From Catajapyx aquilonaris (Eukaryota), in NCBI GenBank assembly GCA_000934665.2, contig KZ538001.1, positions 124,001 through 188,000 of the forward strand: a stretch of DNA of 64,000 nucleotides, in the 5' to 3' direction. The position numbers were made by a program, and so were the translations under genes. A model generated the notes under the pieces. That model was given only the letters and a program-made list of their open reading frames with translations, had not been told where the DNA came from and ran no database searches. How positions within the stretch are numbered: position 1 is the first letter of the stretch; the number at the start of each line of letters is the position of its first letter. Shown here piece after piece: positions 15,301 through 29,690 of this stretch.

Positions 15301-18118
15301 TTTTGAATACAGGCTTAGCATTTTAATTACCAACAGCCACGGCAATCATGCATGACTGAAGCAAAGCTCGTTTCCAAAGAGCAACTGGGCTCTTCCTAGT
15401 CGTCCAAGAGAAGCAGAAAAAAATAATTCTGAGAGGAAGACCTGCTATAAGACGCGACTTTTTGACGCCAATTTGCTCCTTTTTATTCATACAATATTAA
15501 CGCCCCATTCATATGCGCAGTAATGCCGGCCGCTATTAAACTCGGCTTCATACAGTTACCATGCCCCCTTCACAAGATTTGAGGCCATCACGCCATCGCA
15601 TGCTAACAAGGAAAATTCTCTCTATAATCCCTGGCTGCCCAGGCTTATTTCTGCTCTGTATGGGCATGGTAAGCTAAAATAAGTCTTTTGGATTTTTCTG
15701 TTATCTATTCAAATACGTTCCGTTTGAAACTAACTGCAAGTACCGCAGAATATGTCTCTTTTTACAGTAACGAACTGTGTAAAGCCTGTTCGAGACCCCT
15801 GTACAGTAATATGCTAATGGAAAACCTGTCAGTATTAACACTTTTAGAGTCGAGCCGAAATAGCACACAGGTCCCCACATATGCAAACGTCCAAGACCAC
15901 ACAGCAACGACCGAGCCCTCAAATATAGAGCAGTCGTCCGGTACGCCTCATTGCCACTTTTCCCTCTGATTTGAAACTAGAAGAGAAAATGTTGAGTAAG
16001 CTCCAGCTTGTCAGGCCTGAGTATCGTCAGCGCCATGTTTGCAAGTGTCCCTAGATTCAGCTTGAGCGGCAAAGCGCAGTTCCAACCTACCCCATCACTC
16101 TTGTAATCCTTGCCGTGTGCCGGCTGCGGTGTCCATGGTCTCTACAGAAGACCGCCGTAACTGTAGCCTACCTAGTCTAAAGTGGCTCTCTGGAGTCCTG
16201 GATTTTCAAGTGGCAGCAGTATTTAACGCAAATAACAAGTGACAAAGGGAAAAGGAGGAGTGTAAGGGTCACGTACCCAGAGACCTGGTCTGGCCCGAGC
16301 TCCTGTAGCTCTTTGGAGACCGCAGCTTTTGTATGGCCAGACCGCGTAACACCACAGATGGACGCTTTTCCTTTTCTTCGAAATATCCCCTGCCTGAGGG
16401 CGAGGATCTTTGGAAGCGCGACGTGATCGGAAAAGCATCGGTGGTCAGGTGGTCCTCGGGCGGCCGGACCCACAGACCTGATGCAGGACGACGCGGCTCT
16501 AGTCACTTTCCAATGCATTAGTAAAGCTCTCTTAGCCGCCCAAATGTCGTCGTTTTCTCCGCCAGCTTTACCCGGGTTCAAATCGACTGCTTCCGCGCCC
16601 TTGTACCCACACCGCAGCCATCAAAACAAGCCCCGAATTTTCTGGTCGGTCAAGTAGCAGCCCAGGTTTATCCCAATTCACACACCACACTTTTATTTAA
16701 CGGTCGATAGTAAATTTAAAGAAGTGGTTAATTCTATTTGTTCGAACCTAATAGTGAGAGTAGGAGATGACGACCTTTATATTCCTTTCGTCTGCTTCCC
16801 ATCCGCCGCCTGTAAGCACCTATCGTAACTCCATCACCGCAAGAAAGAGCGGGGAAAACCATTCGGAAAATCTAGGACGCCCAATTTCTGCCGACATGCA
16901 TCAAACGATGTCGGGGCCCCTTCCTGCTGCCGTACTGATTTCATTTCTGGCCTAGGCCTCCCCCTTCCCCTCATCCCCCTCTTGTTGCCCCCTGCATCTA
17001 TCTCCGTGTCCTGCATTCCAACCAGCTGCCCAATCAAATATGTATTTCGCCCGCCCCGTGTCCAAATGCAACAAATGGCGCCTGTCTTCCTCGACAAATC
17101 TCCGCCGCCGGACAACTTCCTCTGCAGATCAAAGGCTTGTCTCACATCAAAGAAGAGCTCCTCCTGGCCATCGTTTCCACACTGCTGGCACAAATCTCCC
17201 CGCCACCCCTTCCCCCTCCTCCCCAACTTTCGGATGGCTCATGAGCAAGGCCTTCATCCAGGATTCGCCCTCCAGGAAACGCAGCTTGCCTTTGCACTCT
17301 TTCATCTCGGCCAAAAACAGAATGGTGGGGGGTGGGCTGAAAAATTTCCTGCACACTTCTTCTGGAATGCCAATATTGTCTTTTCTGGCCCTCGCGAGGC
17401 AGCACGCTTCTACACACACACAAAAAAATTAGCTGCCGAAATATTACGTGAGAATGCGAAATAATTGTGTTGGTTCTGCCAACTCTAGGGAGAAGAGTCT
17501 TCAATTGTATCCATTGCTGTGAAGAAGTGTATATGCATTAGAACGTACGCAGTGGGCGATGCAAAAGTCAAAATTTAATTTAGCCTTGATCAACCCAGTG
17601 TTTCGGTTATGTCGAGGCATTCGGTTGGGAAATCGAATACGACACGGATACATGGGACTGGAGCCTCGGATGGAGTCCCGCAGGAATTGCCTCGTCGAAC
17701 AAAAGCCAGAGCAACGGCCCTCCCAGCACTTGACAAGTCGCGCTGACCCCCCCGCCTCCCCTTCCCCCAAAAAATGCAGGTGACGAGACGATAAGGAAGG
17801 ACTGATGGCAGAGAAGTGTTCTTTCTGACGCTATCTGCTCCAGAGATAGGTTTGTGATCCCATGAAAAGTTGATGAAAACTAATGTCGGACATTCCGTTC
17901 CCCAGGTATACCTTGCTCGATCCTACACTAAAGAGGAAAGGTTTTAAGAGAAAGACCTCCTGTCCTTTATTGTGAGGGGTCGTACGTCCGACCCCGCAAG
18001 ATCTCTCATGGTCGTGGTCCAAAAATGCACAGGTTCGGGGCAACCCATTTATTGAGACCAGCCCGCAGCCAGGCCGTTTCACGACGGGCTCACCAAAGAG
18101 CACTCCAGGTCCACCAGA

Positions 18119-18423
18119 ACACACGTGTTTGCACGCCATTAGCTGTGGGGACATGGCTAACACAACTTTTGAAACCTAGTTTGTCCTAACATAAACTATG
18201 CTAACCTATCCTACCCTACCTAACCTATACCCTACCCTAACTAACCTAGGCTGAGATTGTTTTTAAAGAGACCCAATAGTGGGGACATGTCCCCACTAAA
18301 GATGTACCCAACAGGTGAAATCAATTGTGGGGACCAGAAATGTCCTCACAATTTGAAAATGTCCCCACAGTTACAGTAAAAAGTCCAATTTCCGTCCCCA
18401 GAGCTAATTGAAGACCCGTACAC
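18119..18423. mobile_element. Non-autonomous DNA element with repeated GTGGGGAC/GTCCCCAC motifs and an internal CCTAA-like tract
   Basis: Subterminal inverted match attagctgtggggac / gtccccagagctaat, several internal copies of the motif, CAC/ACAC flanks. Confidence 0.55.
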
Positions 18424-19495
18424 CTGTCTTACCATCTAGTGAGGGGCGTCACACCTTTAAAAAGTACAGAGGCAATCCTCCCTCTCTTGGAGGCTAATTT
18501 GAGCTTCAGGTCTGCTACATTACTCATTTCCCTTCGGTATTCATGTAGACTAGTTGCAACCTGGGTCTGGAAAAGACGTTGTTGTAGGATACATAGGGTG
18601 TAGGTTGGAGCATTGAATGTCGCTGAGTATGGTCGAGGCTGGGGAGAGGCGGGGAGGGAAGGGAAGGAGGAATCTTTTGCGCTGGGGGAAGCCGCCGCCC
18701 CCATGGGCTTGCGACCTCATACTAATGGCCTGCTTTTTGTGCCAGGCCGCGTTGTTTGGAAGCCAGAATCGACAGGGGCGTTTTGGAACACGGGCTGCGG
18801 AAAGGGTGGTGATGGGAGAAACAGATTGACCTGCGCTTACTACCCTTGCCGAATTTTAACCACGGACTTCCCCCACCTTCCCCCTCTTTTCCTCCCATCG
18901 ACGGTTGGACCGAGTTGAACGAACCTCCTTCCAGTACGCCACCTTTTTCTGCTATCAGCTTTATCAACAAAGGCTGCCAAATTGGGACAAATAAGCTTTC
19001 AAATATGCGTTTTTTGAACTAAATCAGTTGGGATTCAAGCACTGTCACTTTTTGCATGTTCAGAGGCACACGGATTTGCATAATTATACGGCTAGTTTTA
19101 TGTGTATGTTGATGGAGTTGTACGCATGTACAGTGTACTTGTAATGCATGCCCTTTGTGATAACAGCAGGTGTGTGGAAAGTATATATTTTGGAGGGTGA
19201 CATACTGCATGCAGTTTATGCATACAGGACGAGAGAAAAAAGGTCGAAAACAAGTTGTTTTTAGAGGGAAAATGTATACTATACGTGTTCTGAGAACAGA
19301 TATTGTAAAGTGATAGTTGCGGAACTGTGTATACACAGTTGAAACATACGCACCAAACATAATTTCTGTTTTTGTTCTATACACAAGTTTCCGCTATTTT
19401 CTAGGAAGAAAATGATGAAATTAAGGCAAAATAAATGGAATATTTTATAGCGACGTAGTGTCAGGGTTGATCCAAAAATATATCTACGTCATATA

Positions 19496-19705
19496 CAGTA
19501 CGCCTTCCAAGTATCTGAGTCCTTTTAGTTATCGCCGCCCGAAGTAGTAACTTAGTTACTTTTGTGCTCCGATCGAAATGTGGTCGAATATATAGCAGCT
19601 GCTGTATAATTGAGCACCTCGAGGGGGGTGTAAAAAGCTACACAAAAATAACAACTTTCAAAATTTGCGATAACTGAAAGGATTCCGATACTTGGGAACA
19701 CACTG
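19496..19705. mobile_element. Tc1/mariner-type MITE
   Basis: TA|CAGT...ACTG|TA termini with about 40-nt imperfect TIRs (ccaagtatc...cctttYagttatcgc). Confidence 0.7.
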
Positions 19706-22700
19706 TATTTCAACTTTTATTATTAATTTTAGTACTAGTAGTTATTTCATGAGGATTCAGGTTAGTAGGTCATTTTCCGGATGTGTCAGCAGAAATGAGA
19801 GATTTTATAAATAGACACCTTATTAAGTTACGCAACATGTCAAGTTGTATGTCAAGGAGAAGCGCAATATATTTTGAAAAGCTCCAAAAATAACCGCACG
19901 TTATTAGGAAGACGTGCTCCATAGGGTCGTGTGAACACAATGAATTTATGAGAAGTGGCTTCGTTGAAATTCATTACTAATATTTCCCTTGCGCCTATAG
20001 CAACTTTTTAGTTACCATCTGGTAAATGTTGCTTAGCTAGTTTATAATTCCGCAGTCGCTACCTAGTTCATGGAAAGGTTTAAAAAAAATTGTCGATGAC
20101 TTTTACAGACAGTTGTTCACTGACACGGTCAGGACTGACTGTTCCATTGATTGTAACATTCGGTATGCGTTCCATGAATGCGACGTGATTGAAAACAGCC
20201 TCAGTCTTACAACCGGAGTAAGGAGCTGCGCCCTGGTTGGCTGGAAAGCAATCCGAAATGTGAACATCTGGTGCAAAGTGTGCAGACTGCGAGTAAACAT
20301 CAGCGGAGGTGGGCTTGGCGGTGGTCGGAGAAAGAGGCAGTAGGGGGCACATCAGCATAAATTATAACAGTTCCTGGACTTGCCTGCTGGTGCCCTTAGG
20401 GAGCTTCTCTTAGCTTGGCTCCGATGACTCTGATTCAGGCAAATGAGAAGAGGAAATTGCGCCAACCCTGCTGTACCTCATATTTTTTTCTCCATTTTGG
20501 CCTTAGTAGCCCTACTCTATGCCATCATTGTCCACTTGATGCAATTTCTGGCGGGCGCCACCAAACGTGGGTTCAAAAAGGGGACTTTTTTTCAGCTTGT
20601 CCATGGCTCTCTCCTTGGGAGGCAGACGTGTTTATTTAAAGTTCAGCAAGCAGAGACCTAGCTCCTCATTGATTTCCTTGGCCCTTCGGCGCCTGTCCTG
20701 TTCACACGTTTTTGCCTGCAAGAGCGCCCCTGGAATTTATGGTGCCGGCCTGTCTTGTGCAACAAGGTTTCTGGTTCGGCTGCTTTCCAGGGAGGGTTCC
20801 ATCTCCTCGGAAGGTGCTGGCCTAGATGTGCGTGGCCTTATTTATGACGGTATAGCAAACCACAAACCCGATAAGCCAGAGACTGACTTTATTTGCGATG
20901 GCCACCACGCGGCGTAAGAATTTGCGATAAAATTTGGCCCGGACTTTGGAGGATAATAGTGTCTAAATCCGTGCCGTAGCTCATTGAAACGGAACCTCTT
21001 AATTCTGACTGGAAGCAGCAACTCAGGAGAAACCATTACGAGCTTGGTGGTCCATGTCTCCCATTTCCCAGGCAGCTGCAGGGCAACGTCTTGGGATCTT
21101 AATGACCTCATTGCGGAACGGGACGGTTGGAGGGTGATGATTCACTCCGCAATTCAGTCATTCCAGCGCGCCCGTGATTATGGAACTACGCGACCGCATG
21201 GTTACATTCAGGGCATAGCGCCATCAATGGCACCGAAATGGGATTCCAAAAATCTGCATAATAATGCTCAATTTTCAGTGAAATATACTTGAAAAGCCAG
21301 CAGTAAAATGTGAAATATGCTCTACACGTATGCATACACGGGGGTTCCCAGAATGTGTGTAGATGTCAAGACCTCGAAATGGATTGATTTGGGAAATCAT
21401 GGATGTGCATGGAAATGAGCAATGTAACTGCGACTTTCCGAAAGCGGCTCAATTTTGAACCGTTTACCCAAAGCCACACAAAGCGACACTGATGGCCAAT
21501 AAGCGAACTTGGTAGGGCTAGTCCACAATATTTTACCTCTTCCTCGCTTATGATGAAATTCGCTGCCTCTTAAAAACAAATGCCCTGGGCGCAGATTGAT
21601 CTCCGAGTCCCCGAAGTCACCCGGCGGGGTTGTGCGTGCGTGTTGAATGGCAAAGAGTGGAATGTGCCCTGCATAAGAAAAGTGCTATCCACTTTTTTTT
21701 TATCCTTTATATCCTGCAGGCTGGGTGCAAACTGGTATAAAACCTGGCTCCCTAGTTATGTCTAGGGTGATCCAATGGTGCGTCCAAGTTGTCCATTCCA
21801 ACAATAGCCGGCAGCAAGTGGATCTGGTGTGGTCTGGTGAGCGACTTGTTGTAAGGTTAAAAGAAGCAAGTTGTGTAGGTGGCGCAAGTGTTTTTGGCGG
21901 TCGCAGTTGGCAGGCGAGGGAGGTGTCAGCTCCAGGAAGGCGGAGGAAGGGGGTTTTAGACTGAGTTGGCTATACAGACGCAAATCAAGTCGGAGGCTCG
22001 GGGAAGAGAAACGACTCGTCGCCCGCCTTCCTTTTGCCGGGGTGCATGTTTATGCGATTGATATTCAGAATTCGGATGTGCTGAAAGGGGAACGAGATTT
22101 GCATAGGCCATTTTCCGACACCTTTTTGATTAATGCGGCACTTTCCGAGTCACGTCTGCTGCCTGTGTCATTGTGGCGCTGCTCAAAGGGGGAATACGGA
22201 ATTGCCGGAAAGCAGCCTGCCTCTCCTTGAAACACTAGAGACTCCATCCCATGTTACGTTACGCTACTGCGCTCGGCACCACTAGTTACTTGGTGCACGG
22301 TGCTCAACAAGTCAAAGCGCCACCGGTGAATATGTGGGGCAACAAGTTGTTTTCTTTCAAGCTGGGGGTGTTAAATTCGAAGCAAAATGCGACACTTAAT
22401 ATTGTTGCGCTCCAGTCGTGTCGTGTAACCTAGATGCTTTGAAGCAGATCGGGTGTATGCCTTTCCTTCTGAAAGGAGCAAGTACAGCAAATGGTTTCCT
22501 GGAATGGAATCATATTATCCCTTTTATGTAGGGCGAAACAAGCGCAAGTGGCGACACTATGGCGAAGAGATAAAGAAGATGAGTTTCTGTGGAACTGAGC
22601 TTTTTTGTTGTACGCTCCTTCCTCTCTTCCATTTTTTCCCATCCTTCCCCTCCTCCCTCCCAGCCTTTTCTCCAGCTTTGCAATGGTAGACGAAACAGGA

Positions 22701-25700
22701 GTCGCGATAAGACGAGCTGGGCTCTGACTGATGGATGGACTGGTCGGCTTGTAAGGGAGACATTTGGCCAGCGTTGCTAGAACCTAAGTGGTACTCGTGA
22801 CCAACGGATGCCAGCAACCAGCTACTGTATGTTGCTGTTCATACGACAGCCTAGTTACTACCTTGCAAATATAAAAGCCTTACCTTCTCGATACCAACTG
22901 TCTGGGAAAATGGAGGAACTGCATTTGGTTTATCTCTTGACAAACGACGGCAATAAAAGTTGATGCCGTGCCGATCCGCTTCCTAGCAGCATGTCAGAAT
23001 AGATCCTGTATGTTTAGGCCCAGTCTGGTATTCAAGGTGAAAAGGCAGGAGGAAACGAGCCCGCCACTGGTCGGCCCATGCATGTCACTAGTTTGTGCCA
23101 TTTTCCACCCACGAAGGAAGAGCCGCCATAGATCCACCTGCTGCTTGGTGTGATTGCCCATATCAGCCCCTATTCTTCTCCATCCCCCAACACAACAATG
23201 GAGCCGGAGAGATTTTTGGCCAGAGACACTGACACTATTCTCTGGCGTGTTCCGGCTGACTCAGGACTCCGTGGGCAATCAGACGGATTTTCATTGGATG
23301 TGACAGTGCTGTGAAAAGGCACTGAGCATCTGAGGGAAAACCCTCCTTTTTCTTTAGCTCGCCCCGTTTTCTGGCTCTGCCTTGTCTGGACTTGGGCATT
23401 TATTTGGAGAAAATGGGTGAAAGTGTTGTCCCTAGAGCCTTCCGCCTGGGACCAATGGGGCTTTCCCCGACCTGTGTACATATACCAGGCGCAAATAAAT
23501 CGTCAAAAAGTGTGCGAAAAGAGTTACGACAAAGCACTCTTGAAAAACTAAGGCCTGCTTACAAACTAGAGAGAGACAGATCGATCAGTTTCAGTTGGAA
23601 AGTCCATTTTTGGGCCCCCTTCTCACGTCCCCAAAAAAGAGCCGTCCACACTGCACCACTACGTTTTACCTCCCACAAACCTCTAGAAAAACGTGGCCTA
23701 TAGACCTGTTCTTAAGCGGGCGAGGCCTAAAAATACGCGCGGTGCATTTCATCTGGCTGCGCATTATGGTCTGGCGGGTCGTGAACTTTCTGGGCGCCTT
23801 TCGCACACGGCTTGTGGCAACCTTGGGGGCGGAGCAGATGTATCGCGAGCGGTCGACAGGGGTGAGGATTAGGAAATAAATTACGGGCGTGAAGTAATCC
23901 TAGTGTTAGAAATTCATTAGCCATCGATTTCTGCCTCCAGTGCAGCAAGCAGGCGAGAGTGATGGCGTCGTCAGGAGCTGCAAGAATAAAACTTGGGGAG
24001 GTATACTGCTCCATGGGGTTGGTCTGCTCCAGACTGATTTGTTGGTAGAATGAGCGATGGAGGAAATCCGGAGCTGGACTTTTTGGCCAGCAGTTTCTCT
24101 TCGGAAGCCACTTAGCCAGCCTCCTCTGCATCGCAATGGCTATGAAGTTGCTGAGGAAAGCTGTTTCCTGCTATCTTTGTTTTCTGACTCCGGAATTGAG
24201 TTCCAAGATTAGATACAAGTGCCAGCGCCGCAGTGGTTGTAATATCATGAGAGAATCGATGCTGAACATCTGTGACGGAGGTGGGGTGGGGCGATTGTAG
24301 TGTAGAGGGGCTGTGGATTCCATGGAGGAGACATCCCCCACTCCCCACCATCCCCTTCTCGCTGCAACATTGCAAACAAAAGTACCGGCGAATTCGTTCT
24401 GCCTCCGCCACTGGCTTTAATTTACAATTAGTGAATAGTATACTGTATAAACGACTGTGTTCCCTACAGCGCAATGCAGAGAGCAATTCGAACATTGTTA
24501 GGATAAACCATTTATCCTAAGTTAGCGCGCACTAAACACTCCAAACGAGCCACATTTTTTGCAATCTCGTCCGAGTTTGTTGACAAAAATGGTAAATTTG
24601 AAGCAAGTGTGTCAGCCTGGCGTCCTATATATGGAGGACACTTGTACAAATGTTATTGTATTATTTTATTGGTTCATAAAAAATGTTGATATACGGAACA
24701 AAAAATTATTCTGGGAGGCCCTATATATCGCAGTTAAGGGCCAACGTAGTTTTCCATGACATTTTGTGTCAAGTACAGTAGTCTCCGGATTCTGACCCCT
24801 TAGGTAGTTGCAGGCAGAACCGCAGCAGTGTATTCTCGTTGCTGCAGACACACAGCAGAAAGTACACCAAAATTTTTCCCCGCAGATGCCTTGGCTCCAA
24901 TCCTGCGAGACTTCCTCCCCTTTACATTCCGTGGACCTGTGCTGTACAGTGTGTGAGGCCAGGCGGAGCTAATGCGAGTGTAATTGCTAGTGGACGACAA
25001 AGGGGGACTGAGGGGTAGGGGAGGTGGTTCCAGAGAACGCGTTTGCTTGTATAGAAGGAAAATATTACTAGGGGGGGGTCCTCCGAGCGCCGGCTGCCCT
25101 TCCAGGAAAACAAACTCGTCTGAATAAATCCTGATGACGACTTGGATGCCGCGGAAAGAGGAGCAGAAGAAAATCCTTACCGGGCATTTTCTGGACCCCC
25201 CTTCTTCCCCTATCCCCCCGCCCATACCCAGACAGACAAAAAGGTTCATTTTTGCGGGGATCGCGTTTTTTCCGCCGTTGCCATCCGGTCGGGGACGCCA
25301 CCACGCAACGGCCTGCGAAACTCCGCTTTTTGCTACGAAAGACTTCTGGCTGCAAAACAAGCGACAGCTTTGTCGCTCCCAACTTGTACCGGATGTTTGC
25401 ACCTTACTGCTACAACCAGGGCTGGCCACTTGGCATCCTTGGTTTTACTTTGAAGACTAACCGTGCTTGTAAAAGTTATTTTACTACTCTCTCAGTAGTC
25501 ATTTTCGTAGGGCAACAAGAAGAGCAAGGGGTGGGGGGGTAGGGGGTAGGGGGCAAGAAAAGTTCCAGTCAGCAGCAAGAAAGTTTTCCGATGGTTGGGG
25601 GTTGCCTTTCAGGTTGGCGATAGGGAAGATGAAGTCTGGGAAGTTGGGGCTCAAACAGCTCCAAAGTTGGCCGTTCCACCAACTTCCCAATCCTGAATAC

Positions 25701-28700
25701 ATGGCTTCCGCGACGAACTTGCCGAGCACCGTCGCAAAAAGGAGGAGAAGAGCACTTGTCATGCGGACGACCCATTTAGGAAGATTTGTTGCGTGTGTCA
25801 CTTAATACAGGCCCATTCACACACGCCCGCTAAAGCTCTTCCCTATACTGGGGAACCGGGGGAGGAAGAATGAAGGTCGAGAAGATGGCGTTTCCTGCTG
25901 GAAAAAATAGGGAGCTTCTAGTGGCCCCCAAGTGTTGCCAACCTATAGGTTGGCAACAATAGATGCGACGTAAAATATAAGGAAAATGTACCTTTCGTTG
26001 TATCCATTTGAGTCATGAATGACTCTTTTAAGTGATGTAGTAGTTTCACATGTTCGGTTCATTACACCGGCGGCTCTCTAAAAATGGTGGATGGAACCTC
26101 TCGTGGGAAGGAAGGTATCAATAAATCATCACATACTCGAATGGAATAGCAGTGCGTATTGATTCTATGCAGGTCCGGCTGCTGAGACCCACCTTGTGCT
26201 GGTAGTTAGCAGGGAAATGTCCATTGCCATTTTTAAACAGGGATATCGTTGCCACCGAGGGACTTTCTGGCGTAGATAGGTGTCAACATTGTCTCAGGTT
26301 CAGGATCTGCCACCTGGCACAGGGGCTTGAATAGCTGGAAAGATCAATTAATTAATTCTCACGCTCTAATTCTGCTTGGCGCCTATTAATTGCAGCCGCC
26401 CCATATAGGGGGGCTTTTCCGCAAGATGATGTAATGAAGTTCAAGACGTGGTAATGGCCTTCTAAATGTATCCACCCTTTCTGGCTAGCAAAGCACGGCT
26501 CTGATATATTTTAAAATCCGGTTGTAAATTTACTACTTGCACGCGCAATCCCATTGTAATGGGTCATTCATAAAGTACACCCGTGACCCGCACAGTCACG
26601 TGGGTAGGGGGCATTGTGGTGAACTCTCTTGTCCGTTATGCATAAGTTTTTGTTGTTTTTTGTTTAACTTTAAACTTTTTTCTGAAAACTAAAGCTAGCT
26701 GTATACTGGTCGCAATAGTGCTCAAAATCGATCCACGACTCGATTCATTAGGATACCAGCAGATATTTGGACCCGTTAGTACAATGATGTCACATCCGGA
26801 CGGACGGTTTGAAACTTCTGTTCAACTGGTATTCTTAAGTAGAACTATAGTCTGTGCGCTGTATGTTGACACCCACTTCCAGGCTTCACAACAGAAATCT
26901 TTGTCGTGAACAAGAATGAAGGACCTAGTCATACCAGAATTCCAGAGCCATAGTACACGCATCCAACGCGAGGCCAGGCAGGTTTTTACGAAATGCCACA
27001 CAGTTTTAACTCTTTCATCATCAGAGTAAGCCATACCACAACCAAAATCGAAATGTTACTCATCTGCTGCTGGCCTAAATACATACCTGCTTATGGGGGA
27101 GAAGAGAAGAGGGGGGGAGGGGGGTATGTCCCGGGTGAATGGCATTTAAGAAGTCATTTGGCTCGGGCAATCCTGCAACGAGAGCGCTAATGCGCATTCA
27201 TGTACCGTAATTATTCATAAGCTGCCATGAATAATGTCAGCGATGATTGAAACAGAGATTTACCCCCTAGGAATGGTTAGGGGGAGCCAGGGGTTTAGAG
27301 GGAGGGGGATGGAGCAAGGGGGGAAGTAAACTCGCAAATGGCGAGAGGCAGCCTTGTTTAGAAGGAGTGTCCGTGTTCTGTGTTCACTAACGACCAGTCC
27401 AGAACATGAGCGATGCTTTTGGCAAGTTCGGGAGGGGGGCTCTGCCTGAAAATGGGAGGCCATTTTCGCCGCGCGATTTAAAGTGCACGTTAATGCTGAC
27501 ACTTCCGTGTCCACCCTTCCCTTGTTGACTGCGAGCACTAAAGGATAAACTGCATTTCCATAGAAATAGACCATTAATTAACATAAAATCCCGGCGGATA
27601 AACGACTCTGCGTAATGACACGGTTCAAGGCTTAAAATTCTACGATCTGATCGTTGAAGAGCTTCAAGTGTAGCTTTCACCGCTCCCGGATTAAAGATTG
27701 GAACTATGAACGCTTATTAGCCGGCTGGCATGGCGGTGTCGGCTTTATGGATGGCGGTAATTTTGTGAGGAACATTAGGCTAAGCACGTGCACTACAATG
27801 TGCACTAACGCAGTCTTTTTTTGTGGGGGAGTGAGATGAACGGGGGTTGACGATCACCCCACCAATAAAAACGTAGTTGTCATGCATACTCGTCACATTT
27901 GCTACCAGCTTATAATAGTAAATAGTAAATAATAATTGGGGAGATCAATCAAGAGTTTGTCAGGCGGTAAGGAAGTGGGCTCCCACATTTTCCAGAGAGA
28001 CGAAGCCAAGGTTTCCGGACCGGAATTGCATGCGGGATAATTCTGGAGCCAGCTAGTTAATTACTAGACCGCACGATTTGGGCTCCACCCCTCAAGAAGC
28101 TGCAGAAGCCTGCAGACCTCATCTTTTTTCTCTATGTATGTTTTTTGAGTTATAGTGTAGGGCAGTAGGTCTACAATAATTACGAAATTCGTTTGCCCAG
28201 GAACGCGTATCAGCGTGTAGTGACATTGATGGATTCGGAGCACTTGGAACCCCCCAACTCTATAACCCGCGGCCAAGATTCTGACGCATGAGTTGTGAAA
28301 GTCTGATCTGGCCAAGTTTCCGGGGAAACTGGGGAAACGGAGGGTCTCGTAGATCACGTAGTAAGACCGTTAACTGAAATCATTTTGCCTTGTTGAATGG
28401 CCAATTTTCCAATGGAATTATACTATCACTAAACCAAGTATGCCATTAGAGCTGCTGGGAGTGAAGGGCTCTATGTGGTTTCGGCTGGAACTTTGGCACT
28501 GTCAGTAATACCAAGTATCGATTCCATCGACTTGGAGCAAGTAGTCCTGTGGGAGCCTGAAAACAAACGGTGAGAGGCTGCTCCTTTTTTTTGGGATCCA
28601 GATATTCTGGATGGTGGATAGTGAAACATTCTTGCAGACCCACGATTTTTCCTTACTTTTGCCTGAACAATGTGGTGACTATGCCCGTGCTCGTGGAAAA

Positions 28701-29510
28701 CAATTTATGACTCTTTAGGAAAAAAAAAGCTGTCCGAGCCTGAATTTATAGGCAAACGTGCTCTCGGAATAACAAGCGAGAAAAACATGTAATTAGGGGA
28801 TTTAGATGCGAGCCCTCATTTGGGAAGACGCGATTCATCAACCGGGGCCCCCCAGTTTTGCAATGCAAGCGCAGTAGAGGTGGGCGGTGACACTAGGTCA
28901 CTTTCATTGTTGCATCACACTGAGAAAATTTGAAGTCGAAAAGGAGGTCGTGTCCGAGCAAAAAGGCTAGAGGGTTGACTTGGCTGGCTGGCTGGCTGGC
29001 TCTCTGTCTGTGTCCGTTGGGGCGCAGTTGGTATCGGGCCCATTCGTTCCCTGGCGCCGCTAGTCTGAAGGCTAGCGACATTATCTAAGCCGGTGTGCAA
29101 AGTTCTCTCCGCCGAGCCGCTCATTTATTTGGATGGAATGAACTCGGGCGCTGGTGTATCGGAGGGGCCCTTCTTCGGCATTCCAAGCGCGAGCTAGCTG
29201 CCTGCCTGCCTGGCTTGCCTTACTTTCTTCCCTATCTCCGCCAAGCCTTCGGGAAACCAACACTGGCCCTGCAGCTCCACTTCATCTGTCTTCCAGCTCA
29301 CCCATTTATTTCTCTTCCTTCCTTCCGTCCTGCCTTTCATCCTTCCCTCTGTACTCGGAACAGATTAGTTGCGGGCTCAGTTGGAAAGTCGGCTTCCAAA
29401 ACCCGTGGGACTGCTGGCCTTGAGATGAACCAACAATACTTGGGACTCGTAGGATTATTGCAATTTGAGAGTATTAAAACTGGACTGAATATCTTTTGTA
29501 TTGCTTTCAG

Positions 29511-29690
29511 GTTACGAGCGAGACATTCCTGGCTACCCACGCTACACCATGCTGGGCGACCCAACCAACGGAGAGCACCACTTGCGCATCTTGAATGTGA
29601 GCCTGAAGGACGATGGCGAATATCAGTGTCAAGTGGGACCGGCACGATACAACAAGGCTATTCGCGCCGACGCCCGCCTCTTCGTCTTGG
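29511..29690 (+). CDS. sns: nephrin/sns exon: C-terminal half of Ig1 (GYERDIPGYPRY...DDGEYQCQVGP...ARLFVL)
   Basis: ttgctttcAG acceptor, GTAAGT donor, phase 1/1, Ig F-strand motif D-x-G-x-Y-x-C. Confidence 0.92.

Noticed and set aside
24800..25460. Overlapping ORFs up to 209 aa
   Set aside because: No domain features, and open frames occur on both strands in GC-rich intronic DNA, consistent with chance.
1..29510. Signal-peptide and Ig1 N-half exons of the gene
   Set aside because: I found no segment encoding the expected Cys...QW-x-KDG half-domain with splice sites. It is probably upstream, though a short exon could have been missed by eye.
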